From positions 1-27,862 of the IMG/VR virus record IMGVR_UViG_2561511241_000007: a stretch of 27,862 nucleotides of DNA. One strand, 5' to 3'. A model generated the notes under the pieces. That model was not told the DNA's origin. It saw nothing but the letters and a program-made list of their open reading frames with translations, and ran no database searches. Source of the DNA: a virus. Its lineage: Duplodnaviria > Heunggongvirae > Uroviricota > Caudoviricetes. Below are positions 1 through 10,261 of this stretch, piece by piece. Both the position numbers and the translations under genes were made by a program. The stretch's first letter is position 1, and every line of letters begins with the position of its first letter.

Positions 1-582
1 TTACCCTATAGGTGCTACTGGCCATTCAATATCCGGTGCAGTTGTTGTATTAACACGGTTCAGCAACACCCGATACTTCTTCCAGGCTTCCAGCAACGAG
101 ATTTCTTCCTCCGTTGCGATTTCCAGATCTACAGCATCCTGAAGTGGCGCAATATGCTCACTGGCTACCTGCATCAGGCTGTTTTTTGTTTCTTCTGCCT
201 CCCGAATCCGGAACAGTTTTTCTGCTTCCGTATCCTTCACCCAGGCTGTGCCGTTCCACTTCTGATATTCCCCTCCCGGCGACAACCAGGTAACATTTTC
301 CGGTAACGGACCGAGTTCAGAAATAAATAACGCGTCGCCGGAAGCCACGTCATAAACCGTTTTACCCCGATGGTCTTCAACGAGATGCCACGATGCCTCA
401 TCACTGTTGAAAACAGCCACGAAGCCTGCCGGAATATCTGGTGGTGCAATATCGGTACTGTTTGCTGGCAGACCTGTATGAGGCGGAATATATGCGTCAC
501 CTTCACCAATAAATTCATTAGTTCCGGCCAGCAGATTATAAATTTTTATGGTCCGTGCTTGTTCACTCATTCTGAATGCCAT
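1..582 (-). CDS. tfa: tail fiber assembly protein (lambda Tfa-like)
   Basis: Complete 193-aa ORF (ATG at 582, TAA at 1-3); translation matches lambda Tfa as recalled; start overlaps the stf stop (TAATG). Confidence 0.9.
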   Translation of the reverse strand: MAFRMSEQARTIKIYNLLAGTNEFIGEGDAYIPPHTGLPANSTDIAPPDIPAGFVAVFNSDEASWHLVEDHRGKTVYDVASGDALFISELGPLPENVTWLSPGGEYQKWNGTAWVKDTEAEKLFRIREAEETKNSLMQVASEHIAPLQDAVDLEIATEEEISLLEAWKKYRVLLNRVNTTTAPDIEWPVAPIG

Positions 583-1400
583 TATGCAAGCCTCACAATA
601 TAGTTAAATGCGATGTTTTTGACGGTGTTTTCCGCGTTACCCGCAGCGTTAACGGTGATGGTGTGTCCATGTGAGCCAATCGCAACCGAGTGCGTATGCG
701 CACCAATACCTACAGTATGTGCATGTGCGCCAGAACTTGCTGCAGTACCAGACAGCGAGTGGGTATGAGCACCTGCTGACTGTGTCTGAATACGTTGATA
801 ATACGATCTACTGGAAGAAGTCCCCGGGCTTACTTGATACTGTGAATCCTTGACATAAGTGAACCCACCGCCATCATAAAATGCTAACGCAGAACCGCCG
901 CCTCCTGGCCAACGAATACCATTACCATGAGTATGAGCACCGGCAGACCCCGTAGAGCCACTCAGACTGTGCGTATGCGCCCCGGTGTTATTCGTGGATT
1001 TAGTGCCGTAATCAAACGACGATGTGGTTTTCGTCCCCAAATCCGTACTGGATGCGCTGGCGCTGTGGGTGTGCGATTTAATGCCGTCCTGTTCCTGAGA
1101 CAATACGGCACGACCACTGGCAGGTTTGCCCTTAATCGTCCAGCCACGCATATCAGGGATCACGCCTGACGGATAAGCGGCTGCAAGTTTCGGGTAGGCA
1201 GATTTGTCAAAAGTCTGCCCCTGCATCAGGGCATAACCAGACGGAACGGTATCTGATGGCCACGGGATTGGTGCGCCGACTGGGTAGCTTTCTGGTGGAA
1301 GATTTTTCGAGGTATAAACTTCTGCCCAGCCTTCCTCAAAACCATAACCGTCTCTTGAAGAACGGTAGAACAGACCACCATTTCTGTAATGCGCCTTCAT
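582..1400 (-). CDS. stf: side tail fiber protein, C-terminal receptor-binding portion only (lambda Stf-like, truncated)
   Basis: Translation from GAPIPWPSD to the [11 protein letters not shown] end matches the lambda Stf C-terminus as recalled, including GAHTHS repeats; the N-terminal ~500 aa of a full Stf are absent; reading frame is open to 1448 but the first plausible start is MKAHYRN at 1400. Confidence 0.8.
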   Translation of the reverse strand: MKAHYRNGGLFYRSSRDGYGFEEGWAEVYTSKNLPPESYPVGAPIPWPSDTVPSGYALMQGQTFDKSAYPKLAAAYPSGVIPDMRGWTIKGKPASGRAVLSQEQDGIKSHTHSASASSTDLGTKTTSSFDYGTKSTNNTGAHTHSLSGSTGSAGAHTHGNGIRWPGGGGSALAFYDGGGFTYVKDSQYQVSPGTSSSRSYYQRIQTQSAGAHTHSLSGTAASSGAHAHTVGIGAHTHSVAIGSHGHTITVNAAGNAENTVKNIAFNYIVRLA

Positions 1401-1596
1401 GACCGTTAATATTTTCCTGCTCAACAGAACACAGCGTGGTGACATCAATATCCTGCTTTTGTCCTGCGGTAAACTGCACCTCTTTGATTGTACAGCTCAG
1501 ACCAAGATAGCTGGCAGAATCCAGGGTTTCTGCTGTTACCGGTGCAGACGAAATCATAATTTTCGTCAGTTGCGAACGCTCAAAATTAGAGGACAT
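1336..1596 (-). CDS. hypothetical protein, possible N-terminal remnant of a deleted tail gene
   Basis: 87-aa ORF starting [10 protein letters not shown] with an AGGAGA Shine-Dalgarno 7 nt upstream; sits where a major tail protein is expected after the connector genes; overlaps the stf fragment out of frame by about 64 nt. Confidence 0.35.
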   Translation of the reverse strand: MSSNFERSQLTKIMISSAPVTAETLDSASYLGLSCTIKEVQFTAGQKQDIDVTTLCSVEQENINGHEGALQKWWSVLPFFKRRLWF

Positions 1597-1610
1597 ACTC
1601 GTCTCCTGAA

Positions 1611-1640
1611 AATAAAAAACCCGCCAGCGGCGGGTGGGTA
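1611..1640 (-). terminator. rho-independent terminator (minus strand)
   Basis: Hairpin CCCGCC-AGCG-GCGGG followed on the minus strand by TTTTTTATTTT. Confidence 0.55.
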
Positions 1641-1655
1641 AAATCATTAACGACC

Positions 1656-2000
1656 TCAGGCTATTACCTGAAATTCAAGCGTGGCTCTGCTCAGACGGGA
1701 ATCAGGATCATAACCCTGAGTTTTAGAAATAACGGAGGGTGCAAGTTGCCTTACCGCATCAAGCGCCTGCTCACGGATATCATCTGCGTCATCAGGTACT
1801 GTTGCCCAGACATCGATCTGCACGGTAATTCTGGATTCAGCCTGACCATCAAGCACATCAGACGCAGTGTCAGACACCACAGAAAATACCAGCCATGGCG
1901 GAGATACCGCAGGCTTTCCCTCCGTCAGCGGGACCACATAAGGATAAACCTGTCCTCCGGCCAGTTGAGACAGCAGGGAATACAGTGTGGTCTCTCTCAT
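1656..2000 (-). CDS. tail completion / tail terminator-like protein (DUF3168-like)
   Basis: 114-aa ORF in the position and size class of HK97 gp11-type proteins; start overlaps the upstream gene. Confidence 0.55.
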   Translation of the reverse strand: MRETTLYSLLSQLAGGQVYPYVVPLTEGKPAVSPPWLVFSVVSDTASDVLDGQAESRITVQIDVWATVPDDADDIREQALDAVRQLAPSVISKTQGYDPDSRLSRATLEFQVIA

Positions 2001-2446
2001 TTACTTAAGACCTCATCAATAGCCTGATTCATTCGCTGTATGGCAATCTGTGCTGCCAGTTCCTCTGTCGTATCGAAAGCCGGGCGAATGAACGGATGCG
2101 CGGGCATGTTTATCGTTCCCAGCTCCACAAAGCGCCAGTAAAACGCATTTCGGGGATCACTGGCTTTCATGCTGTTATCACTGTTTCCGGTCCGCAGGTT
2201 CCGTCCACGAATGTGGACACCCGAGATAATTTCCCCCCGACGCTTTGAACGCTGAGTGAGAACAACCACATTTTTCTTCAGTTTCCCGGTTCGCTCCGGC
2301 GCACGTTCAACAACTGCATCCCGCATAACTTCAGCACCGGCACGGGTGGCATCGCGCAGTACCTTATTGTTTTCTGCCCTGCTGAGCGTCTCCAGATCCC
2401 GTGCAATATCCGCCAGACCTGAAAAATCAAGACTGAAATCCATCAC
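1997..2446 (-). CDS. HK97 gp10-family head-tail joining protein
   Basis: 149-aa ORF with the gp10-family character; translationally coupled to flanking connector genes. Confidence 0.7.
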   Translation of the reverse strand: MMDFSLDFSGLADIARDLETLSRAENNKVLRDATRAGAEVMRDAVVERAPERTGKLKKNVVVLTQRSKRRGEIISGVHIRGRNLRTGNSDNSMKASDPRNAFYWRFVELGTINMPAHPFIRPAFDTTEELAAQIAIQRMNQAIDEVLSK

Positions 2447-2781
2447 ACATTCCCCTTCTGAGAACAGAGTATCTCAAGCCGTGTGGCACGAGCATCCGGT
2501 ATCGGCGGACCGTCTATACTCAGAATCGCGCCTTTGAATGCACCAGTCAGCACTTTCAGACATGAAGTTGCTGTTACATCTCGCCGGAATCTCATCCAGA
2601 CCCTCACTGTAGCCTGAGCAGTTTCTGCGCCTCCGGATATTCTCTCCCTGCCACTGATCCCCTTAACTTCTGCCCATATGGTTGCCCCCTCCGTCATTGT
2701 TTCCACAGGGTGCCCTGACGGAGACCGAACGGTGGTGGCATTCAGAATAACCACACGATCACGTAATCTTCCTGCCTGCAT
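2443..2781 (-). CDS. head closure / head-tail adaptor protein
   Basis: 112-aa ORF between gp6-like and gp10-like genes, typical position and size. Confidence 0.65.
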   Translation of the reverse strand: MQAGRLRDRVVILNATTVRSPSGHPVETMTEGATIWAEVKGISGRERISGGAETAQATVRVWMRFRRDVTATSCLKVLTGAFKGAILSIDGPPIPDARATRLEILCSQKGNV

Positions 2782-2789
2782 GAATCCTC

Positions 2790-3095
2790 CTATGTTCCGG
2801 GATGAAATCGATACATCCGCAGTCCGGTATAGAAAAAATCAGGCACTGCATCCTGCATTTCCCTGTTCTCGTACCAGTAGCCAACCAGTTGCATAAGACG
2901 CAGTTTTATCAGAGGTGTTATTACAAGCCCGGTCGTATCCTGCTCAGAAACAGTTTCATCGTAAAGCGTCCGGTTTAAAAACTTTTCAGCCTCTTCCCTG
3001 GCAGCAGCCAGATACATCATAAGAAGAGAATTCTCCTGTTCATTGTCATCATCAATCCGGCACTGAACACGAAGCTCTTCCAGAGTGGGCATCAT
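2790..3095 (-). CDS. head-tail connector (gp6-like) protein
   Basis: 101-aa acidic ORF in the position typical of gp6-like connector proteins downstream of the capsid gene. Confidence 0.6.
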   Translation of the reverse strand: MMPTLEELRVQCRIDDDNEQENSLLMMYLAAAREEAEKFLNRTLYDETVSEQDTTGLVITPLIKLRLMQLVGYWYENREMQDAVPDFFYTGLRMYRFHPGT

Positions 3096-3106
3096 TTGGG
3101 CAACCT

Positions 3107-3295
3107 CTATGAATGCTGTTTTTTAGACTTATCAGCCCCCCGCGCAACAGGTGTTCTCTTATCAGAGACAATCCCAGCTGCAGTGGCAATTTCGCGTACC
3201 CGTTCGGGTAATTCTTTATCTTCATACTCACCGGCCCGAATAATCTCAACACGCATACCGTCCGGTGACCATTTCAGATCTTGTTTCAGGATCAT
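3107..3295 (-). CDS. hypothetical small protein
   Basis: 62-aa ORF filling the gap between the capsid gene and the connector gene; no recognisable motif. Confidence 0.3.
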   Translation of the reverse strand: MILKQDLKWSPDGMRVEIIRAGEYEDKELPERVREIATAAGIVSDKRTPVARGADKSKKQHS

Positions 3296-3345
3296 GATTC
3301 TTTCACCTGTCAGAACAGGGGCGCACTTCTGCGCCCCCTGAATGA

Positions 3346-4551
3346 TTACGCTGCTGCAATCTTCAGCAGTTTGATGGCCTGCGAATCGACCAGCATCCCG
3401 CCGGTGCGCTTGGTGGTATAAAAACCGACAAACGGTTTATTGGTGTACGGGTCACGCAGAATGCGGGTGCCGATACGGTCAACGATGGTGTAACCCCGTT
3501 TGAAGTTACCAAATGCAATGGCTTTCGCATCAGCGGCGATATCCGGCATCTGTTCGTTTTCAGCGATACCGTAACCCGCCAGAGAGGACGGCTGCCCCAG
3601 TTCCAGCCCCGGACGCCACAGATAGTTACCCTCGCTGTCTTTAAGCAGACGGATGGCAAACAGGCTGTTGTTGTTCATCATGAACTTCGCGCCAGTGCGG
3701 TGTGCCTTACGCAGCGTGTAAATCAGTTTGATAATGGCATCTGCGGTCACTGCCGTCGCTTCGCCGGATACAATATGCTGAAGTTTGCCGAACGCCCGGA
3801 CCTTGTCGGTTTCATCAGTGGACTCATACGCCAGGAACCCTTTCGGCTTCTTGGTACCATCGCCGGTGGTAAAGGCAATTTCTTCCTGTTCGGCAAATTC
3901 GGTTGCCAGCTCGCTGTTGATCCAGGCCTCCACGTTGAAGAAAGCATCATCCAGCATTTTCTGGGTGGCCTGCGGGTTACCGTAGATTTCCCCCATGAAA
4001 GGTTCAATCAGTCCCAGTTTTGAGGTGGCAGTCTGGGAGCGCGCGTCAGTCTCGCCAACCCATCCGGAAGCCGTGCCGCCCAGATTCACCAGTTTTTTGT
4101 AGTCGGAACCGCCAACGGTGATCACCGTGGCTTCCTGGCGCATCACCACTTCATCTTTCAGCAGATTGAGAATGTTGCGATCCAGTTCTTCCGGCACGGC
4201 ATAGCCGCCGTCTTCATCGGTGCCCACCTGTAATGCCTTACGCTCCAGATCGCGCAGACCATCTTCACGGCCTTTACGCAGGAAGCCCACAAACGCTTCT
4301 TTATGCTCGGTGGCCAGTTTATTTTGCGCACCACCTGCCGGACGTTTCAGCTCAAGCAGCTCTTTTTCAAGATCGCTTTTGAGATTTTCCAGCTCGCTGA
4401 GTTTTCCGTTCAGGGTTTCCACCTGCCCGGCAAGTTTGCCTTTTTCCTGCTCAATCGCCTCAACGCGCTTGTCGTTCTTTGCTTTGAAGTCGTCAAACTT
4501 CTGCTGCAGCTCCTGCGCGACCTGTTCGACATCTTTAATATCAACCGCCAT
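3346..4551 (-). CDS. major capsid protein, HK97 family
   Basis: 401-aa ORF with an N-terminal coiled-coil delta-domain-like region followed by an HK97-fold-like body; directly downstream of the prohead protease. Confidence 0.9.
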   Translation of the reverse strand: MAVDIKDVEQVAQELQQKFDDFKAKNDKRVEAIEQEKGKLAGQVETLNGKLSELENLKSDLEKELLELKRPAGGAQNKLATEHKEAFVGFLRKGREDGLRDLERKALQVGTDEDGGYAVPEELDRNILNLLKDEVVMRQEATVITVGGSDYKKLVNLGGTASGWVGETDARSQTATSKLGLIEPFMGEIYGNPQATQKMLDDAFFNVEAWINSELATEFAEQEEIAFTTGDGTKKPKGFLAYESTDETDKVRAFGKLQHIVSGEATAVTADAIIKLIYTLRKAHRTGAKFMMNNNSLFAIRLLKDSEGNYLWRPGLELGQPSSLAGYGIAENEQMPDIAADAKAIAFGNFKRGYTIVDRIGTRILRDPYTNKPFVGFYTTKRTGGMLVDSQAIKLLKIAAA

Positions 4552-4565
4552 CGTATTTCTCCTGA

Positions 4566-5252
4566 TTAGAAGTTCAGATTTTTCAGTGCATTCAGTGCAG
4601 AGCCCACATCCTCAGCGTCGCGCAGGGACAGTGCGCCATAGCCCCCGGCCATGAATGCTTTGGCCTGGGTACGGGAGAGTCCGACATCACGCAGGACTCT
4701 TTCGATTTTTTTCTGTTCGGGGATTTCCCCGCGGGCCAGTGCGTTCTTGACGTCGCTGATCCGCGCCTCGTCGTTAGACGGGAACGTCACCAGGCTGACT
4801 TCCCAGAGGTCGATTTCTTTCAGCAGAAAGGCTTCTTTGCTCCGGTCGTATTCCCAGTCTTTCAGGACGTACCCAATAGAAAGGCCGGTTAACGAACCGG
4901 CCTTCATGTGTGCATGTGCGCGTTTTGCGAGGGGATCATCATCAATAAGCAACCGTCCCCTGACGTAAAGCCCGACATCGTCTTCCTTCATTTCGGTGTA
5001 AACACCGATGGGTTCATCCATGCGGTGCTGCCAGAGCAGCGCAGGTAACGCTTTTCTGTCACTCCACGCCCGCAGGGAAGCAGCAAATGCCCCGGACATC
5101 ACCACATCATCGTGGCTGTCCTTTACACCAAAGACGGAGCCATACCCTTCAAACTCACCGGAGTCACTGACAGATTTCAGACTCAGCGGTACATCAAGAC
5201 GTTGTTTCGTCTGCATTGGCGTTATCCTTCTGCTTACCGGCTTTACTGCCAT
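4566..5252 (-). CDS. prohead protease, HK97 family
   Basis: 228-aa ORF between portal and capsid genes; alternative start at 5216 would reduce the overlap with portal. Confidence 0.8.
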   Translation of the reverse strand: MAVKPVSRRITPMQTKQRLDVPLSLKSVSDSGEFEGYGSVFGVKDSHDDVVMSGAFAASLRAWSDRKALPALLWQHRMDEPIGVYTEMKEDDVGLYVRGRLLIDDDPLAKRAHAHMKAGSLTGLSIGYVLKDWEYDRSKEAFLLKEIDLWEVSLVTFPSNDEARISDVKNALARGEIPEQKKIERVLRDVGLSRTQAKAFMAGGYGALSLRDAEDVGSALNALKNLNF

Positions 5253-6435
5253 CGGAGGGTTTCGTGGTCATGTTCATCGGGGTGAGATAGACATCACCAC
5301 CGGGACGCGGATTCATATCTTCCAGGTCGCGGCAGTCATTAGGAGAGTAAATTCCCCAGTTGATCCCGGTGGCGTAGGCTTCAAAACGGGACTTCATATC
5401 CCCGCGCAGTAACGCCCCGGCGTTAAATTTGGCGTAATAAACGCCCTGCTTACTTTTTCGTACCAGTCCGGTGTTGATCCGCTGCTCAATGCGGGTCAGA
5501 TACGGCACCAGTGAATAGTTGATAAATCCCAGCCCCAGCTCTTCGATATTGTTGAAGGTGGCGCGATCGGTGTTCTGCACCATGTGCAACGGCACCCGAA
5601 ACAGACGACAGATTTCTTCAAGCTGAAACTTGCGGGTTTCCAGGAACTGGCTGTCCTCGGCGTTCAGCGCCATCGACTTCCAGTCCAGCCCCATCTCAAG
5701 GATCATCGGGCGGTGAGCATTGCCAAGCCTGGTGTGACGCTCCTCAAAATCTTTCTTCAGGCGCTCGTAAGCCTGATCTGACAGCGTCTGCTCTGTACGC
5801 AACACACCGGACGTCACCGCACCATTGCTGAACAGTCTGGCCCCGTGCTCTTCGGTCGCTGCCGCCAGCGATATTGCCTCGCGGGCATAGGCGATGGGAT
5901 TCAGCCCCACCAGTCCGTCCAGCGTCAGCGTGCGCACATGCCAGATATCCTCCTGGCTCAGTACATCCGTGGAGCCGTCCGGGAATGTGACCTGATAGAC
6001 CGGCTCCCAGCTACTGTTAAGCTTCGGTACCACACAGCCAGGATCGACGGGCAGCAGTTCAGCCACTTCGCCAAATGCTTTCACTTTGTAGGCGTAAAAG
6101 TTTCCCCTCAGGCACAGACAGGTGACCACCAGCTCCCAGAACTCCTGCGGCGTCATATATCCATTGGGATGCGTGGAGATCAGCTTATGCAGACGTTCGC
6201 CGGTGGCTCTCTGTTTCAGGCTGCCGTTCAGGTGATACAGATTGCAGGGCAACATCCCGACCGACTCTGCCAGCACCCTGACGCAGGAAAAAACCGCCGT
6301 CAGTCGCATGGCCCGCTGGCTGCTGATCTGCTTTCCGGTATAGGTGTCGTATGACAGCCCGATAGCATCCGCCAGCTCTGCTGGCGTGGTCACCGGCGCG
6401 TCACTTTTTCGTTGAAATAATCCCGAAAAGAACAC
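5194..6435 (-). CDS. portal protein, HK97 family
   Basis: 413-aa ORF downstream of the large terminase, size and position typical of a portal. Confidence 0.85.
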   Translation of the reverse strand: MFFSGLFQRKSDAPVTTPAELADAIGLSYDTYTGKQISSQRAMRLTAVFSCVRVLAESVGMLPCNLYHLNGSLKQRATGERLHKLISTHPNGYMTPQEFWELVVTCLCLRGNFYAYKVKAFGEVAELLPVDPGCVVPKLNSSWEPVYQVTFPDGSTDVLSQEDIWHVRTLTLDGLVGLNPIAYAREAISLAAATEEHGARLFSNGAVTSGVLRTEQTLSDQAYERLKKDFEERHTRLGNAHRPMILEMGLDWKSMALNAEDSQFLETRKFQLEEICRLFRVPLHMVQNTDRATFNNIEELGLGFINYSLVPYLTRIEQRINTGLVRKSKQGVYYAKFNAGALLRGDMKSRFEAYATGINWGIYSPNDCRDLEDMNPRPGGDVYLTPMNMTTKPSDGSKAGKQKDNANADETTS

Positions 6436-6617
6436 TATTTACCTCCGCCGACAGACGGCTGTGTACGGTCGAGATATCGCGCCACCAGCCACGACCAGAA
6501 CAGGCACAGCGCCCCGGCAACAACAAAACCCGCCGGGGGATAAATCAGCCAGGCACCATACGCCAGCAAAAGCGCACCCAGCACGCCCACCAGTGGCGCG
6601 AGAATTATCAGAAACAT
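6435..6617 (-). CDS. small membrane protein between terminase and portal
   Basis: 60-aa ORF that is almost entirely hydrophobic (two predicted TM helices). Confidence 0.45.
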   Translation of the reverse strand: MFLIILAPLVGVLGALLLAYGAWLIYPPAGFVVAGALCLFWSWLVARYLDRTQPSVGGGK

Positions 6618-6628
6618 AATGACCTCGG

Positions 6629-8386
6629 TTAAAGCGAGCGGATGCCCACGCTGACCAGATGTTCAGACAGATCCGGCTCCGGTTCACCACCATTGACCAG
6701 CATCCGGCTCATTGCTGTAAACATCGCAACAGGGCCGTCGATTTTGGCTTCCAGCGTGGATTTATTCGGGAAGATATTGTCGTTTTTGTCCGGTTTTACC
6801 GTAACGTTAGACATCATCCAGTTCATGACCGGATGATTGCTGTGATGGAAACGTCCGGCATAGACCAGTGATTCCGTTTCCTTCATGGCCTCTGACAGAT
6901 TGCGAACCGTCTGCGGAACCTCCACCAGCGGTATCCCTTCTTCAGCCAGTGCTAGGCTGAACTGCATCGCGCTCCACGGGTCAAATCCCAGTTCCCTGAG
7001 GTTTTCACCACCAATCCATTCCAGTAAGTCACTTTTTATCTGAGCATGATCGATAACATCACCATCCGTCAGAATCAGCTTATCCATCTCCGCCCACTTC
7101 CGGTAAAGTTCTGCCTGCTGCCGCGAGCATCGTTCCAGCCGTCCTTCCGGGAGCCAGAATTTAAAATCGGCATGAACATGCCCGTTATCCGTTCGCCAGA
7201 GTTTTGCCGCCGCACAGATATCAATCTTATGAGCAAGGTCAACGCCGACCCACATGGGATACGTTTTCAGCTCATGTCGCGGGGCAATGTATTCGCACTT
7301 CTCCCACTTAATCATGTCCATCCAGGCAGACTCTGCTGTTACCCACACATTCATGTGTTTGGTAAAAAAATTCACCCGCGCAGAGACCTGTTCTTTCGCT
7401 TTTTTCGCCAGACGACGCAGATCATCCCAGCGTTTACAGATGCCCAGGCCAGGATTCGCTTTCTGCCAGACCGTTTCATCAAACGGATCATCTCCCTCAT
7501 CGAGGGTGTAAATAATCGCAAAGTAGGAGTCGTCTTTTACAGCGCCCTCCACGTCGCTGTTATAGCCACGCAATACCTTGATGGCATAATCACGCTGCTC
7601 GTAACAAATCCCTTCCTTGTTAAACCCTGCCGTGGTGATACCAAATAAAAGGGACTGCAGACGGGCACCGGTTGCCGTTTCCAGAACGTCCCACACGTCA
7701 CGGGTTTTATGTGCATGCAGCTCATCAATAATGGCGCAGTGGATGTTCAGACCATCCAGGTTGTTTGCATCCGAAGAAAGCGGTTCAAATTTTGATGCGC
7801 TCTGCTCCTGGTAAATCGCCAGCTTGTTGAAATCAAACAACCGCCCGAGTGTCGACCGGGCTTTTCTGACCATATTTTTGGCGTCTTCAAACACGATTCT
7901 GGCCTGGTCACGCGTGGTTGCGGCTGAATACACCTCAGCACCGCCTTCACCATCTGCCCCCGTCATATACAGACCGATACCCGATGACAGGGTTGATTTT
8001 GCGTTTTTACGGGCAACTTCGTTGTATGCTGTCCGGAACCGGCGCACCATCACCGGGCGCCCGCTGCCATCGCTGCGCATGACAACTTCCCCGGTCTCTT
8101 CATTGACCAGCGGAATGACAAAACCAAAAATATTAATGAGGATAAATACATGCCAGTCCATCAACTCAATAGGCTGGCCTGCCAGCGCCCCTTTTACATG
8201 AGGCACAAATTTGTAGAAATTCAGGATGTGCTGCGCACGTGGTTCACTGAAATAAATCCCCCGCTCTTCGCCGTACTTTAGATCATCAAGAAAACGCTGG
8301 CAGGCCAGGCGGACAAATTCGCCAGCAACAATTTCTCCTGCAACAACACGTTCGGCGTAGCGGATCCCGTCAGCCACTTTTGCCAT
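6629..8386 (-). CDS. terminase large subunit
   Basis: 585-aa ORF with an N-terminal ATPase region and C-terminal nuclease region; start overlaps the small-subunit stop. Confidence 0.9.
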   Translation of the reverse strand: MAKVADGIRYAERVVAGEIVAGEFVRLACQRFLDDLKYGEERGIYFSEPRAQHILNFYKFVPHVKGALAGQPIELMDWHVFILINIFGFVIPLVNEETGEVVMRSDGSGRPVMVRRFRTAYNEVARKNAKSTLSSGIGLYMTGADGEGGAEVYSAATTRDQARIVFEDAKNMVRKARSTLGRLFDFNKLAIYQEQSASKFEPLSSDANNLDGLNIHCAIIDELHAHKTRDVWDVLETATGARLQSLLFGITTAGFNKEGICYEQRDYAIKVLRGYNSDVEGAVKDDSYFAIIYTLDEGDDPFDETVWQKANPGLGICKRWDDLRRLAKKAKEQVSARVNFFTKHMNVWVTAESAWMDMIKWEKCEYIAPRHELKTYPMWVGVDLAHKIDICAAAKLWRTDNGHVHADFKFWLPEGRLERCSRQQAELYRKWAEMDKLILTDGDVIDHAQIKSDLLEWIGGENLRELGFDPWSAMQFSLALAEEGIPLVEVPQTVRNLSEAMKETESLVYAGRFHHSNHPVMNWMMSNVTVKPDKNDNIFPNKSTLEAKIDGPVAMFTAMSRMLVNGGEPEPDLSEHLVSVGIRSL

Positions 8387-8868
8387 CAGTCTCTCGCTTT
8401 TAAAAGCTCCGCCAGCGGATCAACATCATCCGGTCCGGCAATATTTACTTTAGCCCGGCTTGCCGGTGACATACCAAACTCTGCAAGCATTGCCCGGATC
8501 CGCTTCCAGGCATCCGCTTTCATTGCCGCCGCGGGGTGCGCCTTAATCAGTACATCACCGCTCTGCGTTTCCGTGCGGTAGGTATACCCCTCAACATCGA
8601 GTGTTTCGCAGTGATGCCGATATTCGGTATAGGCTTCCACCAGCAACTCGAGTGCACGCGCATCAAGCTGAGAAATGATCCCTTCCGCATTCAGCTCTTC
8701 CGCCATTCGCCTGAACCAGTACTTCCCCTGTGCCCCTAAATGCTGCGGAATTTTAGGGAGACCTTTTTCATCCTTTTTAGCGGTTTTTTTTGAGTCTTTA
8801 ACGGGGCGCTTTGAGGGGTTGCCTCGTATCAAATGCAGGCGTGGCGGGGTTTTCGGAGGTCCTGACAT
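8386..8868 (-). CDS. terminase small subunit (P27 family-like)
   Basis: 160-aa ORF with a basic N-terminus, immediately upstream of the large terminase. Confidence 0.75.
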   Translation of the reverse strand: MSGPPKTPPRLHLIRGNPSKRPVKDSKKTAKKDEKGLPKIPQHLGAQGKYWFRRMAEELNAEGIISQLDARALELLVEAYTEYRHHCETLDVEGYTYRTETQSGDVLIKAHPAAAMKADAWKRIRAMLAEFGMSPASRAKVNIAGPDDVDPLAELLKARD

Positions 8869-9015
8869 AATCGGTCTTACCTATCAATCGTTTGTTCACA
8901 TTTCCAAAAAAAGTTTTCGAACCTGCGGCGATGTGAGGAAGGGTCAGGCGGCGGTACTGAGCTGCCAGGGTTGCAGAGATTTGACCCGCCCCTCCCCTAC
9001 AGATGGGAACTGTTA

Positions 9016-9402
9016 TCAATTAATGCGTTCGCGCGCTGTTTTTGCTTTATGGCAGGGCCAGCACAGACTCTGCAGATTACTGTCTGCATCCGTGCCACCA
9101 TGAGCTTTCGGAATGATGTGGTCCACAGTTCTGGCTTCAACGGCTCTCCCATCGCGCAGGCAGTTCTGACACAGATGATTATCACGCTTCAGTATGCGCG
9201 CACGTATGGCATCCCATTTCGTGCCATAGCCACGCTGGTGGCGACTTAGTCCGCGTTGATGCTGTACCCAGCCTTCACCACGATGTTTATCGCAGTAGCC
9301 AGAGATGTCTGTTGTTTTGCCTGCGCAGCCACGCTTACGGCATGCGCGGGGGATTTGTGATGGCATAGAACTTCGCTCCGCTAAAAAATATTCTGCTCTC
9401 AC
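9016..9402 (-). CDS. HNH endonuclease (terminase-associated)
   Basis: C-terminal motif CQNCLRDG...VDHIIPKAHGG...NLQSLCWPCH is a classical HNH; alternative start at 9366 has a GGAG Shine-Dalgarno. Confidence 0.85.
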   Translation of the reverse strand: MRAEYFLAERSSMPSQIPRACRKRGCAGKTTDISGYCDKHRGEGWVQHQRGLSRHQRGYGTKWDAIRARILKRDNHLCQNCLRDGRAVEARTVDHIIPKAHGGTDADSNLQSLCWPCHKAKTARERIN

Positions 9403-9408
9403 CGTCGT

Positions 9409-9591
9409 TCAGTTCTGCAGACACTGCCGAACACCGTCGACAATTTCGCAGACCTGAGAAGCCATATCGAAAAGCTGGCGCGCCTTATCCATGCTGACGC
9501 ATCCCACCAAGAAAAAAGGCACTAGTATCGCTACCAGTGCCCATTTCGCCGTTGTTCGCGGCATTCTGTGTGTCCAGTGTTTTCTGCTCAT
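9409..9591 (-). CDS. putative lipoprotein (o-spanin-like?)
   Basis: 60-aa ORF from ATG 9591 with a signal peptide and lipobox (LVGC); directly downstream of the endolysin; no partner i-spanin seen. Confidence 0.45.
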   Translation of the reverse strand: MSRKHWTHRMPRTTAKWALVAILVPFFLVGCVSMDKARQLFDMASQVCEIVDGVRQCLQN

Positions 9592-9605
9592 AACACACCT
9601 GGTTA

Positions 9606-9989
9606 TCAGCGTTTCAACTGAAAGTGAGGCCCGTCTTTCAGTGTTTTCCAGTCCCCGCCCCATTCGATGGCAGTTCCCAGCTCTGCGGCAGCCTGCTTAA
9701 ATGCCTGCGCTATTTTCTCGTACAGAGGCCAGTCCCATGACACCTGGCTGCCAACCCAGGCAACAACATCCACCGCATCACCGGTCAGGTGGCGGCTGTT
9801 CATGGTCTGGCTTTTCCCTTCCGCGACCAGCTGTTTCTGGCGTTCTTTCGTGCGCAGCCCTTCCGTAATACCGAAATCAACCTCCGTCAGCTCCAGCGCA
9901 CGGCGAACGACAGCAACCAGCTGTGGTTTAACGCCCTCCAGATTCTTTTCGCTGCGACGACTAAATCTGAATTTACCCGACATATTCAC
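9606..9989 (-). CDS. endolysin, M15-family peptidase (L-alanyl-D-glutamate peptidase-like)
   Basis: 127-aa ORF sharing the VKP..L...VRRALEL...DF.I..G.RT...HLTGDA.D pattern with the T5-type endolysin as recalled. Confidence 0.8.
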   Translation of the reverse strand: MNMSGKFRFSRRSEKNLEGVKPQLVAVVRRALELTEVDFGITEGLRTKERQKQLVAEGKSQTMNSRHLTGDAVDVVAWVGSQVSWDWPLYEKIAQAFKQAAAELGTAIEWGGDWKTLKDGPHFQLKR

Positions 9990-10261
9990 CTCAACAATGG
10001 AAAGATTTTTGTGACGTTCCCGCGCGCGCGTATCACCAGCACGCAGAACAGCAGATTAAAAAACACTTCAGGCCAGCCCGTTGCTAACGGGCGACCACAC
10101 AGATAGCTGAGGGGCGCAAAGGCATACAGCAGCATCAGCAGCCAGGCCAGCCATGACATCAGCGGTTTATGTCTGGAATCACGGCGACGATAAAAAAAGA
10201 GCGCCAGCACGATAACCGTGCATAACGCCACATTCAGCAATCCGGGAAGGTTACTTAACAT
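9986..10261 (-). CDS. lysis-cassette membrane protein (holin partner or antiholin candidate)
   Basis: 91-aa ORF from ATG 10261 with several hydrophobic segments; overlaps the holin stop and the endolysin start. Confidence 0.45.
   Translation of the reverse strand: MLSNLPGLLNVALCTVIVLALFFYRRRDSRHKPLMSWLAWLLMLLYAFAPLSYLCGRPLATGWPEVFFNLLFCVLVIRARGNVTKIFPLLR

Noticed and set aside
237-603. Antisense or alternative-frame ORFs inside tfa (93 aa minus strand, 77 aa plus strand)
   Set aside because: Fully embedded in the well-supported tfa gene. The same applies to the many other embedded ORFs in the six-frame track within the terminase, portal, capsid, initiator and exonuclease genes.
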